This document shows positions 9,299-20,095 of a DNA stretch of 64,000 nt, one piece after another. This stretch comes from an uncultured Candidatus Rokubacteria bacterium (GTDB lineage Bacteria; Methylomirabilota; Methylomirabilia; Rokubacteriales; CSP1-6): positions 32,001-96,000 of the forward strand of contig CAVXJS010000015.1 in the NCBI GenBank assembly GCA_963762145.1, given 5' to 3'. The notes below the pieces were generated by a model. That model was not told the origin of the DNA, ran no database searches, and worked only from the letters and a program-made list of their open reading frames with translations. Numbering within the stretch: the stretch's first letter is position 1; each line of letters starts with the position of its first letter. The position numbers and the translations under genes are program-made.

Positions 9299-9327
9299 GG
9301 CACACCTCCTTGAGGGTGGGTTCGATT

Positions 9328-10431
9328 CTACGGCTGAGACCCGGTGGCCTCGTCACCTCGGCCGACCCACGCCACCAGCAGGGTGTAGGTCACCGCGAGC
9401 ACGACCGGGCCGACGAACAGGCCGATGATGCCGAACGCGAGCAGGCCGCCGATCACGCCGGCGAAGATCAGCACGAGCGGCAGGTCCGCGCCTCGCTTGA
9501 TCAGCACCGGGCGCAGGACATTGTCGAGGCTGACCGTGACGATCGACCACACGAGCATCACCACCGCCCAGACCGTCGCGTCCTGCCAGTAGAGCCAGAT
9601 CACCGCGCCGAACAGGACCGGACCAGCACCGATCTGCGCCACCGCGAGCAGGAACATCAGGGCGGTCAGGAAGATCGCATGCGGCACCCCGGTGATGGCG
9701 AGACCGATGCCGCCGATCGCCGACTGGACCAGCGCGGTGACGACGATGCCCAGGGCGACCGCGCGGATCGCCAGGGCTGAGAGGACAACGGCCCTGTCCC
9801 CCGACTCCCCGGCCAGCCGTCGCGCGAACGCGCGGACCCCGGTCGCAACCGTCTCGCCCTGGGCATACAGCAGCGCGGCGATCCCCACGGTGAGGATGAG
9901 CTGGACCAGGAGGATGCCGAAGCCTCCGGCCTTGCTGACGACCCAGGCACCAACGCCGGCGACGTAGGGCCTGACGCGGGCCGCGAGCTCCTCCGGCGGG
10001 GTGGAGGCCACCTTCTGCCATTCGGCGGCGACCCGCTTGCCCACCAGTGGCAGATCGCTCACCCAGGCCGGTGGTCCCGTGGTGACGGTCACGGCCAGCG
10101 ATTTTGACCATTCCACCATGTCGGGGGCCCGCTCGACCACCACCGCGATTCCGAGCGCGATCGGCGCCACCACGATGACGACCATCGTCGCCGTCATCAC
10201 GGCCACCGCGAGGCCCCGCCGGCCCCCGAGGCGCGCCTGCACCGCCCGCATCAGGGGCCACGTGGCCACGACGATCATGGTGGCCCAGATCAGCGCGGGC
10301 AAGAACGGCCGGAGCACCCAGAACGTCGCGCCGATCAGCCCGCCGAGCACCACCACCGCGAGCACGATCCGGGTGACGTCCCACGAGGCGGGCGCGTTGG
10401 TCTCCGGCTTCACGGGCAGGGACGTCTCCAT
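9328..10431 (-). CDS. ydiK: AI-2E family transporter (YdiK-like)
   Basis: RPFLPALIWATMIVVATWP...IRAVALGIVVTALVQ...DNVLRPVLIKRGADLPLVLIFAGVIGGLLAFGIIGLFVGP. Confidence 0.85.
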   Translation of the reverse strand: METSLPVKPETNAPASWDVTRIVLAVVVLGGLIGATFWVLRPFLPALIWATMIVVATWPLMRAVQARLGGRRGLAVAVMTATMVVIVVAPIALGIAVVVERAPDMVEWSKSLAVTVTTGPPAWVSDLPLVGKRVAAEWQKVASTPPEELAARVRPYVAGVGAWVVSKAGGFGILLVQLILTVGIAALLYAQGETVATGVRAFARRLAGESGDRAVVLSALAIRAVALGIVVTALVQSAIGGIGLAITGVPHAIFLTALMFLLAVAQIGAGPVLFGAVIWLYWQDATVWAVVMLVWSIVTVSLDNVLRPVLIKRGADLPLVLIFAGVIGGLLAFGIIGLFVGPVVLAVTYTLLVAWVGRGDEATGSQP

Positions 10432-10470
10432 CGGCGCCCCGTATCCCACCACGAGCCCGGTCGGTCCGGT

Positions 10471-10488
10471 ATGGGACCAAAGTCTCAC
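10471..10488. promoter_or_regulatory. palindrome site 7 ATGGGACCAAAGTCTCAC (divergent)
   Basis: CATACT 23 nt away on +, TGGGAT 22 nt away on -. Confidence 0.75.
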
Positions 10489-10537
10489 TATGACCACCGG
10501 AGATCTTGCGCCATACTCGCGCGGTGCTGCGGATGGG

Positions 10538-11174
10538 ATGACCCCCTTGGAAACGGTCGCCTGCCCGGCCTGTGATTTGCTCCAGCGCATCCCCCCACTG
10601 CCCCACGGCGGGAAGGCAGCCTGTCCGCGGTGCGGGCAGACGCTCGCCAGCCGGCCAACGGACCCGCTCGACCGCCCCCTGGCCCTCACCGTCGCGGCGG
10701 CGATGACGCTGATCGTCGCCAACGTCGCTCCGCTGATGGGACTCTCGGCGGTGGGGCGCCAGGCGAGCACGAGCATCATCGGCGGCACCCTCGAGATGTG
10801 GCTCCAGGGTCGCGAGCTGACCGCGGTCATCGTCGCGTTCTGCGTGCTCATCGCGCCGGCCACCTACATCCTCTTCATGCTGACGGTCCTGCTCGCGGCG
10901 CGCCGGCCACCCGCGCCGCACTGGGTCGCCGAGCTGTTGCGGTGGGCCGACTTCATGCGGCCGTGGTCGATGATCGAGGTGATGATCCTGGGCATTCTCG
11001 TGGCCCTGATCAAGATCGCAGAGCTAGCGACGGTGGAGCCCGGCATCGGGATGTACGCGGTGGGCGGCGCTCGTCCTGCTTCTGCCCGCGATCGCGATCA
11101 ACTTCGATCCGGACGAGATCTGGAAACGCGTCGAGTGGGCCGACGGCTCCTTCGACGCGGAGGCCGTCCGGTGA
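10538..11174 (+). pseudogene. pqiA: paraquat-inducible protein A, first PqiA unit only; frameshift ~11070
   Basis: ACPACDLL...CPRCG Zn-ribbon, RPWSMIEVMILGILVALIKIA, FDPDEIW in shifted frame; no second pqiA/pqiB downstream. Confidence 0.75.
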
Positions 11175-11622
11175 GCTCTCGCGCGTTGTCACCCGCGGTC
11201 CCCTGGTCCGCGAGCGTCGTGAGCACATCGGATGCCAGGTGCGGCGGGAGGTATTTCGCGCCCCGGAGCACGGTGTGGATGGCCGCGATGAGCTCCTTTC
11301 CGGCCCCGTGCTTCGCGACGAAGCCGAAGGCACCGGCGCGGAGCGCCGCGGCGGCCAGCTGGGCGTCGGCGTGCATGGTCAGGAAGATCACCCTGGCCGC
11401 GAGCGCTTCCGCCTTGAGCTGGCGGAGGGCGTCGAGCCCGCTCATGCCGGGCATGGCCATGTCGGTCACGATGACGTCGGGTCGGAGCCGGCGGGCCGCC
11501 GCGATCAGCCCGGTCCCGTCGGTCACCGTGCCGACGAGCGTGAACTCGTCACGCAGGAGGCTCGCGAGTCCCTCCAGGACGATCGCGTGGTCGTCAGCGA
11601 GGAGGACGGTCGCCCGGCTCAT
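11170..11622 (-). pseudogene. NarL-family response regulator truncated at the start of its HTH
   Basis: VLLADDHAIV, DVIVTDMAMPG, FLTMH, ...ARELT then antisense pqiA sequence instead of PRQREVL HTH. Confidence 0.75.
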
Positions 11623-13250
11623 CCTGGCTCTCGGACAGCGGGACCACGACCCGGACCTGCGTGCCTCGCTCCGGCTGGGAGTCGATCGTGAGGCGGCCTT
11701 TCACCAGGCGCGCTCGTTCATCGAGGCTGATCAGGCCCAGGCCACCGCGGGCCCGCCCCTCCGCGAGGTCGAACCCGCGACCGTCGTCGGTGATCGTGAG
11801 TGTCAGGGCACTGCCGTCGCGCGCGAACGTCACCTGCACCCGACTGGCCTTCGCGTGCCGGACGACATTCCGGAGCGACTCCTGGGTCACCCGGTAGAGG
11901 CAGAGCGCTACGTCGGCCGGCAGGGTCTCAAGGCCGCCGTCCGCCTGGAGAGTCACCGTGAGATCCCCTTCCCGTTCGAGCTCGCGGCAGTGATTCCGTA
12001 GAGCGGCCGCCAGCCCCGCGTACTGCAGGACGCCAGGATGAAGCTCGTGCGACAGGTGCCGGATCGTCTCCACCATCTCGGCCGTGCGTCTCTGGAGCCG
12101 TGCGAGCTGCTGCCGTCGGTCGGGCGCCGTGCTCTCGGGGAGACCGGCCTCGAGGGCGGCCACCGTGATCGACAGCGCGGCGAGCTCCTGGCTCACGCCG
12201 TCGTGCAGCTCGCGGGCGATGCGCCGGCGCTCCTCCTCCTGCGAGGTCATCAGCCGCCCGGCCAGGTCCCGGATGTGCTCCGCACTCTCGTGCGCCGCGC
12301 GCTCGGCCCGCTGCCGCGCCAGCGCGTTGGTGAAGACGTCGGCCAGGAGACGGAGCCGCGCGATCAGCTCGTCGGGCCAGGCGCGCTCCGCGAACACGGT
12401 GCCGACCGACAGGCCGCCGACCACCGAGCCCCGCTCGACGAGCGGGACCACCGCGTTCGATCGCGCGCCGAATCGAGCAAGGCTCTCGCGATCGGTCGGG
12501 GCGCCGTCGCGGAGATCGGCCGGACTGCGCACGACGCGCCCCTGACGGACCTCGGCGAAGATCCGTGGCGCCGCGCTCGCCTGGGACCGTCGACGGGGGA
12601 GGCAGGACGTTCTCGCGGGTCCACGAATGCGTGAGGCGGGCCCGGTCGGGATGATCCTCGAGAGCCCAGATGCCCGCCCGGTCCACCCCGAGGTCCTCGA
12701 CGACGCGCTGGAGTCCCGTCCGGACGCGCCGGTCTATCTCGGCCGCGGGGCAGGACAGGAGCCCGGTGGAGAGGTCCGACAGGAGGGTCTCGAACCGCAG
12801 GCGTTCGGTCGAGGCCCCGCTGGGCGCGACGGCGCTGGGCCCGCTGGACCAGCAGGGCGCCGATGAGCCCGCCCTGGACGAGGAGCAGGCTGAGGCCCCC
12901 GACGATATATCCCCGGTAGAGCTGCCAGACGGACGGCTCGTGGAACAGCACGACGCTGCCGGGCGGCAAGCGCCGGCGATCGATCCGCCAGCGGTCGACG
13001 ACGCGGGCGTCGAACACGTGGGCATTGGTGCCCTCGCTCGTGGCGTCGGCCGGTCCCAGCCGCTCGCCCTGGAGGACCCGCCGCGCGAGCGCGGCTGCCC
13101 GCGTGGCCTGCTGCTCCCACCTCACGACGTAGCCGCCGACGACGCCCCGCCCGACGTGCACGTCGAGAGCGGAGTAGACCGGGACCGACGCGGTGCGCGC
13201 GACCTGCTCCGCCACCTCCGCGTTGGTGAACGTGCGGCCGGCGCGATCGC
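11594..13250 (-). pseudogene. GAF + HisKA_3 sensor kinase with periplasmic ABC-SBP-like input; 5' truncated, frameshifts ~12810 and ~12530-12590
   Basis: GRTFTNAEVAEQVARTASVPVYS...TM...ERLRFETLLS (GAF)...EEERRRIARELHDG...YRVTQESLRNVVRHA...DDGRGF...GLGL. Confidence 0.8.
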
Positions 13251-13252
13251 CG

Positions 13253-15437
13253 GTCTGCGCGCAATGCCATCAGGCGGCGGCGGAGCAATGGCGCGGATCG
13301 CACCACGACCTCGCCATGCAGCCGCCGACCGACACCACCGTCGTGGGCGACTTCAATGCCACGCGGTTCACCTACGCGGGCGTCACCTCGACCTTCTCCC
13401 GCCGCGACGGCAAGTTCACGGTGCGGACCGACGGCCCCGACGGCAAGCTCGCCGACTACGACGTCAAGTACACGTTCGGCGTCGCGCCGCTCCAGCAGTA
13501 CCTCATCGAGCTCGCCGGACGGTCGCCTGCAGGCGCTCAGCATCGCGTGGGACGCCCGTCCGCGGGCACAGGGCGGGCAGCGCTGGTTTCATCTCTATCC
13601 CGGACCAGCGGGTGACCCACGGGACGAGCTCCACTGGACGGGCCCAGCCAGAACTGGAACTACATGTGCGCCGAGTGCCACTCGACGGGCGTCCAGAAGC
13701 GCTACGATCCCGCAGACGCGGCGCTTCGCGACCAGCTACGCCGAGGTCAACGTCTCCTGCGAGGCCTGTCACGGCCCGGGCTCCAATCACGTCGCGTGGG
13801 CCGGGGCAGGAGGCGGCCGGAAGCGTCCGATCCACCAAGGGCCTCGCCGTCACGCTGGACGACCGCCGGGCGGTCACGTGGACGATCAGCGCGGAGACGG
13901 GCAATGCCCAGCGCTCTCCGCCCGGCCGGCCGGGGCGGGAGGTGGAGGTGTGCGGGCGCTGCCACGCGCGCCGGGGCCAGTTCTCCGACGACGGTGGGCA
14001 CGGGCGGCCGCTCGGCGACAGCCACCGGGTGGCGCTCCTCGAGGACCGCCTCTACTACCCCGACGGGCAGATCCGCGACGAGGTGTACGAGTACGGCTCG
14101 TTCCTCCAGAGCAAGATGTTCCACCGCGGCGTGACGTGCTCGGACTGCCACGACCCGCACAGCGGCAAGCTCCGCGCGCCCGGGAGCCAGGTGTGCCTCG
14201 GCTGCCACTCGGCGCAGAAGTACAGCGCGGCCACGCATCACTTCCACCCCACGGGCTCGCGCGGCGCCGACTGTCTGCGGCTGCCACATGCCCACCACCA
14301 CCTACATGGTCGTCGACCCGCGCCACGACCACAGCTTCCGGGTCCCCCGTCCCGATCTCTCGGTCACCCTCGGCGTGCCGAACGCGTGCACGCGATGCCA
14401 CGCGGATCGCCCGGCCGCATGGGCGGCCAAGCAGGTGGAGACCTGGTACGGGCGCGCGCCGCGCGGCTATCAGCGCTACGCCGAGGCGTTCGGCGCGGCC
14501 GCCGCCGGAGCGCCCGGCGCCGGCGAGCTGCTCGCGGCGGTGGCCCGCGACGGAGACCAGCCGGCCATCGCGCGGGCGACCGCGATCGCGCGCCTGGGTC
14601 CCGGCGCCGGCGGCGTCGACGCGGCCCGCGCGGGCCTGAAGGACGGCGACCCGCTCGTGCGGCGCGCCGCCGCGACGGCACTCGAGAGCTCTCGAGCCGG
14701 CGCGCCGGGTCGAGCCGCTGGCTCCCCTGCTCGACGATCCCGTCCGCGCGGTGCGCATGGAGGCGGCGCGCTTGCTGGCCGCGGTGCCGCGGGAGCGGCT
14801 GACCGACGCGCAGCGGGCCGCGCTCGACCAGGGCCTCATGGAGTACGTCGCGGCCGAGCGATTCAATGCCGACCGCCCGGAGTCACACCTGAACCTGGGG
14901 CTCCTGTACGCGGCTCAGCGCCGGACTCCCGAGGCCGAGGCGGCGCTGCGGACGGCGCTCGTGGTGGACCCGCGCTTCGTGCCGGCGGCGGTGAACCTGG
15001 CCGACCTCTATCGCGCGGCGGGCCGGGAGGCGGAAGGCGAGCAGGTCCTGCGGGACATCCTCAAGCAGGATCCACGGAGCGCGACGGCGCATCATGCGCT
15101 CGGGCTGCTCCTCGTGCGGCAGAAGCGCATGCCGGAGGCGATGCCGGAGCTGGAAGCGGCGGCGCGCCTGGCGCCCGAGAGCGCCCGCTACGGCTACGTG
15201 TATGCGGTGGGGCTCGACGGAGCCGGGCGGCGGAAGCAGGCGATCGAGACCCTCGAGCGAAGCCTTCTCCGCCACCCCCACGACCGCGACACCCTGTCCG
15301 CGCTGGTCGCCTTCACGCGCGAGCAGAGCGGTCCGCGCCAGGCCCTCGTGTATGCGCGGCGGCTGGCGGAGCTCGAGCCCGCGAATCCCGAGGTGCGCCA
15401 GCTCGTCCAGCGGCTCGAGGCCGAAGGCCCGCGCTGA
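13253..15437 (+). pseudogene. multiheme c-type cytochrome with HEAT/TPR C-terminus; 5' truncated, several frameshifts
   Basis: CAQCH, CAECH, CEACHGPG, CGRCH, CSDCH, CLGCH, a frameshifted CxxCH ~14271, CTRCH; DGQIRDEVYEYGSFLQSKM; TPR ORF 14751..15437. Confidence 0.8.
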
Positions 15438-15443
15438 GCGCGT

Positions 15444-15483
15444 CGGCCCCTTGCGAGACTCGCTCCTGTCCCGCGAGGGGCCG
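15444..15483. terminator. GC-rich hairpin between convergent genes
   Basis: CGGCCCCTTGCGAGAC-n8-GTCCCGCGAGGGGCCG; no clear U-tract. Confidence 0.45.
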
Positions 15484-15493
15484 CTGGCCTACC

Positions 15494-15828
15494 TTACTTC
15501 TGGCGCTTCACGTTCACGGTCGCCGGCATGATGCCGTAGACCATCCCGGTCATCTCGTCGCCCTTGACCGTCAGCGAGCCCGACCCGTAGGCCGCGTCCA
15601 GCTTGATCTCGTTCCCGCTCACCGTGCCGGCGAAGTTGGTCGGCTCGGAGCTCGTCGGCCCGGTCACGGTCATCGGGCCGGTCACCCTAGCTCCGTCTTG
15701 CTTCAGGTCCATGATGACCTGCCCGCCGCCCATGGTCGGGTTCCGGAAGGACCACGTTCCATTCCGGCGGCACACCCGGCGAGCATCATGACCAGCCCTA
15801 CGAGGAGACCCTTCCGTGCGTAGCTCAT
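15494..15828 (-). pseudogene. small beta-rich lipoprotein with frameshift/internal deletion ~15760
   Basis: MSYARKGLLVGLVMMLAGC lipobox in one frame; GTWSFRNPTMGGGQVIMDLKQDG...NVKRQK* in another. Confidence 0.6.
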
Positions 15829-15919
15829 GCGCTTCTCTCCTTTGGATTGGATGACCACGTCGGGGAGCCTCCTGCGATCCCACCGCCCGGGATGCTAGGG
15901 CAGCGCGAACCCGTAGACC

Positions 15920-15937
15920 ATAGGACTTTAGGCCTAC
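15920..15937. promoter_or_regulatory. palindrome site 8 ATAGGACTTTAGGCCTAC
   Basis: TAGCAT 22 nt downstream on -. Confidence 0.75.
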
Positions 15938-15975
15938 GCGCGCCCGGGCCCCGACGGGCCAAGCGCCCGACCTGC

Positions 15976-17118
15976 TCAGTTGGCCGGGATGGTGAGCACC
16001 GGCGCCGGGGCCTTGTCGCCGGTATCGGCCAGCGTCATCAGGATCAGGAGGAACGTGAAGACTCCCTTGGACCTGAGATCACGGTTCTCGATCCAGTACC
16101 AGGTGTCCCCGTAGCGAACGGCCGCGAAGGCGTCGTCCGGGCGGAACGAGCCGCTGAGGATCCGCAGCAGCGGCGGCAGGGTGTCCTCGCCGCCCGCCAG
16201 GGCCGGCGGAACCGGAAAGGCGCGGCCGTCGCGCGCATGATCCTCCGGGACGCTCACGGTGGCCGAGAGCTCGAGGAGGATCTGCATCCCCGAGCGGGTC
16301 TGCATGGCGATGACGTCGTCGCGGTCGGTGCCCTGCCCGTACACGACCCGGGCCTCCGTCTTGTCCGGGTTCAGCCCCAGGAGCTTCCGGACGATGGCTC
16401 GATCGGCCTGCACCTCCGGAGGAACCGGCTTCCGGGGGAACGCCATGACGAGGCCTTCCCGCTTCGACTCCTTGTCGACCTCGACCCGAAACGCGATCGC
16501 GCCGGACTCCTGGACGCGCCAGAAGGCCTTGAGCATCTGTACGAACTCCGCGTCCGGGGCTCTCCCCCGCCCGCCCGCCCGGCCGTTCGAGAGCCCGTTC
16601 ACGGTCTGGACCGCGACCGAGAGCAAGACGTCCGCCCGGTAGCCGGCCTCGATCAGCTCCATCAGGCGGATCGGGGGAATCGGCGTCATCAGGGTCCGGA
16701 TGAAGCCGGACCCGGTGAGCGGCACGTAGGTGACGGTGGGCCGGTCGGTGTACTGGCCCTGGGCCCCCAGGCCGATGCTGCTATTGGGAACCCCGGGGAC
16801 GATGGTGCTGGAGTTGAAGATGCTGCCCGCGGCCGAGAACGAGCTCTGCAGCTGGTAGCTGCTGACGATCTGCCCCACGTCCACGAAGATCGGGGTGTCG
16901 GCATAGCGCAGCTTGACGATGTTGAGCAGCGTCTGCTGCTTCCAGGAATTGGCCACCGCCGCCGTGTAGTCCAGGCGGTCCCGGTCGAGGGCCACCGCGC
17001 CGAAGCTCGAGCACCCGGCGAGGCCCACCGCGCCCATCAGAAAGACGATTCGCGCCGCGAGCAGGCGACACGCTCCCGGTCGAGACGTTCCTGGTGGGCG
17101 CCGACTGATCCGACGCAC
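15976..17118 (-). CDS. conserved hypothetical lipoprotein
   Basis: LAGC lipobox; [32 protein letters not shown]...[12 protein letters not shown]...PVLTIP; exact start uncertain. Confidence 0.8.
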   Translation of the reverse strand: MRRISRRPPGTSRPGACRLLAARIVFLMGAVGLAGCSSFGAVALDRDRLDYTAAVANSWKQQTLLNIVKLRYADTPIFVDVGQIVSSYQLQSSFSAAGSIFNSSTIVPGVPNSSIGLGAQGQYTDRPTVTYVPLTGSGFIRTLMTPIPPIRLMELIEAGYRADVLLSVAVQTVNGLSNGRAGGRGRAPDAEFVQMLKAFWRVQESGAIAFRVEVDKESKREGLVMAFPRKPVPPEVQADRAIVRKLLGLNPDKTEARVVYGQGTDRDDVIAMQTRSGMQILLELSATVSVPEDHARDGRAFPVPPALAGGEDTLPPLLRILSGSFRPDDAFAAVRYGDTWYWIENRDLRSKGVFTFLLILMTLADTGDKAPAPVLTIPAN

Positions 17119-17559
17119 CTACGGCAGCGTGCAGTTGCCGAAGATGGCGAACAGCCCGTCGGTCTCGACGACCGAGCTGCCGAAGGCGCCGCTCTCCGAG
17201 CCGATGACGATGCTCCACGCCTTGCCGTTCTCACCCCCGTGCAGCATCAGCTGGCCGTCCAGGATCATCGACGTCTTGATCTCCGTCTTCCGCCCGCCGC
17301 CCTCGTTGTCGGTGAGCAGCTTCCCCTGCACGTCAATCCGCACGAAGGGCGGCAGGTTGTTGCCCGCGTGCGGCGTGCTGCGCTCGCACTTGCCGTCCGC
17401 GGTGCACTCGCTCATCGCGGTGATCGCGCACAGCATGGGCTTCGACCCGTCGTACTTGCCCGCCGCCGACACCAGATCGGCCGGATACGCCAGGACCACG
17501 CCGCCCAGTACCAGGCTCAGGCTTGCCGCCCGCAGTCGGTTCATCGTCGCTCTCCTCAT
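17119..17559 (-). CDS. hypothetical exported protein (paralog of 5057..5488)
   Basis: DGSKPMLCAITAMSECTADGKC...LMLHGGENGKAW...FGNC. Confidence 0.75.
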   Translation of the reverse strand: MRRATMNRLRAASLSLVLGGVVLAYPADLVSAAGKYDGSKPMLCAITAMSECTADGKCERSTPHAGNNLPPFVRIDVQGKLLTDNEGGGRKTEIKTSMILDGQLMLHGGENGKAWSIVIGSESGAFGSSVVETDGLFAIFGNCTLP

Positions 17560-17563
17560 GGCT

Positions 17564-18040
17564 CTAGTTGACCGTGTAGCCCTTCGCGCCCATGCAGGAA
17601 GCGAGGGCGCGCTTGTAGTTGTCGCTGTAGGCCGCCTGCGCCTGCTGGTTCTGGGCCATCACCGCCTCCTGCTGATGCATCTGATCGCGCCGGCGCATCC
17701 CGCCCACCATGGCCCCGGTGGCCGCGCCGACGGCCGCACCCTTGCCCGCGTCACCCCCGATCGCCCCGCCGACCGCCCCGACCGCCGCGCCGCGCGCCGC
17801 GCCGCGCGCCGGGCTTGCGGTGGTCGGCGGCGGCGCGACCGCCTGCGGCGCGGCCATGGGCCCGCCGGTCTGCTGCTGCGCCCACGCCTGGCACTCTCCC
17901 GTGTCCTGCGCCTGCTGCTGCGGGCTCTGGCCCCGCTGCGGGTAGATGAACACCTGCTGCCCCCACGCGCTACTGACCATGAGCAGCAGCGTGCCGGCCA
18001 CCACCCAACCCCTCACCAGAACGGATCGCGTCTTAGTCAT
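17564..18040 (-). CDS. glycine-zipper (YMGG-like) exported protein
   Basis: FIYPQRGQSPQQQAQDTGEC...GAAVGAVGGAIGGDAGKGAAVGAATG...YKRALASCMGAKGYTV. Confidence 0.8.
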   Translation of the reverse strand: MTKTRSVLVRGWVVAGTLLLMVSSAWGQQVFIYPQRGQSPQQQAQDTGECQAWAQQQTGGPMAAPQAVAPPPTTASPARGAARGAAVGAVGGAIGGDAGKGAAVGAATGAMVGGMRRRDQMHQQEAVMAQNQQAQAAYSDNYKRALASCMGAKGYTVN

Positions 18041-18063
18041 CTCTCTTCCTCCTGTTCGGAATG

Positions 18064-19932
18064 TCATCGGGTCTCGGACAGTAACCCGCCTGCCTTCACG
18101 CCCGCGTGGAGCCGGAGAATGCGCCGCACCTCCTCGATGGTGTGGGGATTCCCCTGCGTGGAGTGATTCGACTTCACGATCAACTCGGACTCCACCGGCA
18201 TGATGTGGGCGCTCGAGTACTTTACCACCCCGTCGTCGCCGTCCTCGACCGGCCCGTCCCCCTCGACCGCGACGATCGAGTTGACGGTGATGGGCGGCGC
18301 GACCGGAATCTCCTGCAGGGCCTTGATGAAGTGATGGTTCGGTGACATGTTGTCGACCGCCGAGGGAACGACCATCGACATGGCCCCCGGATTGCGGGCC
18401 AGGTCCGCAGTCGTGTCGGCGATGTTAGCGGGCAGGCTCAGCATCTTTCTGGTGAGGTTGGCGATGATCGTGCGTCCGGCCACGAAGCTGCCCCGATGCG
18501 GCGTGCAGATGAACACCACGCGCGAGACCTGGGGCACGGGCTCGACGAACATGCCGCGCCGGAGCAGGTCGCGGGTCCGATCGGAGAGCACCATCTCATC
18601 GAGCGGCTTCTTGCTCGCCGCGTTCCAGAGCCGATCGCCACTGCTGATGCTCTGCATCTTGACCAGCAGGCCGCCCTGGCTGTGTCCGATCAGCACCATC
18701 CGGCGCAGGGCGGCGTCCTTGCCCTCGGGGTCGAGCCGTGCGACCGCCGCGCCCAGCGCCTCTCGCAGCCGGAGGGCGGAAAGCCCGATCGGATTACCCG
18801 AGTCGTACTGGAAGAACCAGAACTGGTAGCGGCTGCGGATCTCCGGGTCGGCCTGGAGCCGGTTGAACATCTCGGCCCAGCGCACGATGCTCGACGCGGT
18901 GCCGTGCACGAAGACCACCGGGATGAGGCCGGGCCGGTAGGGCGTGGTGGAGACGAGCGGGGGCCGCTCTCGCATGAGGCCCGAGAGCCGGCCCAGGAAC
19001 CCGAACATCTCGATCTCCATGACCGGCAGACCCGTGAACGTGAGCGCGATCGCCGCCGACGGCTCGCTCTCGAGCGGCACCTCCTCCCCCGCGATCGCGA
19101 CCGACTCCGCGTCCCAGGCCAGATGGAGCTCGAGACGACCCGCGAGCGGCTCTCCCTGTACGAGAGCACGCCGCGCGGCGGAGATCCGCAAGAGAGCGGT
19201 CAGCGGTATCTTCATCCTCGGCGCCACCAGGTCCCGGCCCGGCTTCGAGGCGTCGATCAGGCGGCTGGAGGCCGCCAGCGGAGCGCCGATTCCCGGCCCG
19301 CGATATCGCATGGCCAGCCCGTACACCTCCAGCTCCGCGATCGGGATGAACTGGTACAGCTCCCGGTCGCCGGCGCGAAGCGCGGCGGGATCGAAGGCTA
19401 CGGCGATCTTCCCGAACGGCAGGTCGAACGTGCCGGCGCGCGGCAGGACCTCCGATCCGTCCTCCGAGACGAAGGCCGTCATCAGCGCCCAGTTGTACAG
19501 GTCCGCCGCGATGCGCAGGCGAGGGTCGAAGCGTCCGGGCGCCGATCCGCTTCCCTCCGGGAAGAGGAAGGCCCACGCGTAGACGGCCCCCGCCATCTGG
19601 TAGCTCGGCTTGCCCGCGATCTGACCGTGCAGGAATGACAGCTCGGCCAGGGCGAAGAGCAGGTCCGGATCGCCACCGGTCGCAACCATCGTCTTGTGCA
19701 GCGCGGCCAGGACATCCTCCGGGCGCTCGTCGAACTCCACGAAGAGCCCCTGCTCGAGGAGCACGTTGCGCGTCTGCCAGGTCGGCTCCCCGGTGCTGGT
19801 GGCGCTCCGGGCGAGGTCGCGCAACACGACCTTGGGATCGGTCCGGTTCGTTCCCACCGGGCCCGCGCAGGCGGCAAGGACGAGGCACAGTGCACCCAGC
19901 ACCGCGAGCGGGCGCCACCTCGAAGCGATCAT
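18064..19932 (-). CDS. alpha/beta-hydrolase lipoprotein (esterase/lipase-like)
   Basis: LAAC lipobox; PVVFVHGTAS, GHSQGG nucleophile elbow, TPHRGS, DGVVKYSSAH, NHS. Confidence 0.85.
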   Translation of the reverse strand: MIASRWRPLAVLGALCLVLAACAGPVGTNRTDPKVVLRDLARSATSTGEPTWQTRNVLLEQGLFVEFDERPEDVLAALHKTMVATGGDPDLLFALAELSFLHGQIAGKPSYQMAGAVYAWAFLFPEGSGSAPGRFDPRLRIAADLYNWALMTAFVSEDGSEVLPRAGTFDLPFGKIAVAFDPAALRAGDRELYQFIPIAELEVYGLAMRYRGPGIGAPLAASSRLIDASKPGRDLVAPRMKIPLTALLRISAARRALVQGEPLAGRLELHLAWDAESVAIAGEEVPLESEPSAAIALTFTGLPVMEIEMFGFLGRLSGLMRERPPLVSTTPYRPGLIPVVFVHGTASSIVRWAEMFNRLQADPEIRSRYQFWFFQYDSGNPIGLSALRLREALGAAVARLDPEGKDAALRRMVLIGHSQGGLLVKMQSISSGDRLWNAASKKPLDEMVLSDRTRDLLRRGMFVEPVPQVSRVVFICTPHRGSFVAGRTIIANLTRKMLSLPANIADTTADLARNPGAMSMVVPSAVDNMSPNHHFIKALQEIPVAPPITVNSIVAVEGDGPVEDGDDGVVKYSSAHIMPVESELIVKSNHSTQGNPHTIEEVRRILRLHAGVKAGGLLSETR

Positions 19933-20095
19933 ATGCTGCCGTTCATCCCACGACCTCCGCGTGTCGAGGCACTCCAGTCCCGTCCGCCGTGTCGACTCGG
20001 CATCATCTCACGAAACAGCGGGGATTCCGGTCCCGGCCTCACGATGCGGCCGTACCGGCCGGAAGACCCTGAGCGCGCCCCCAAGACTATCTCGC

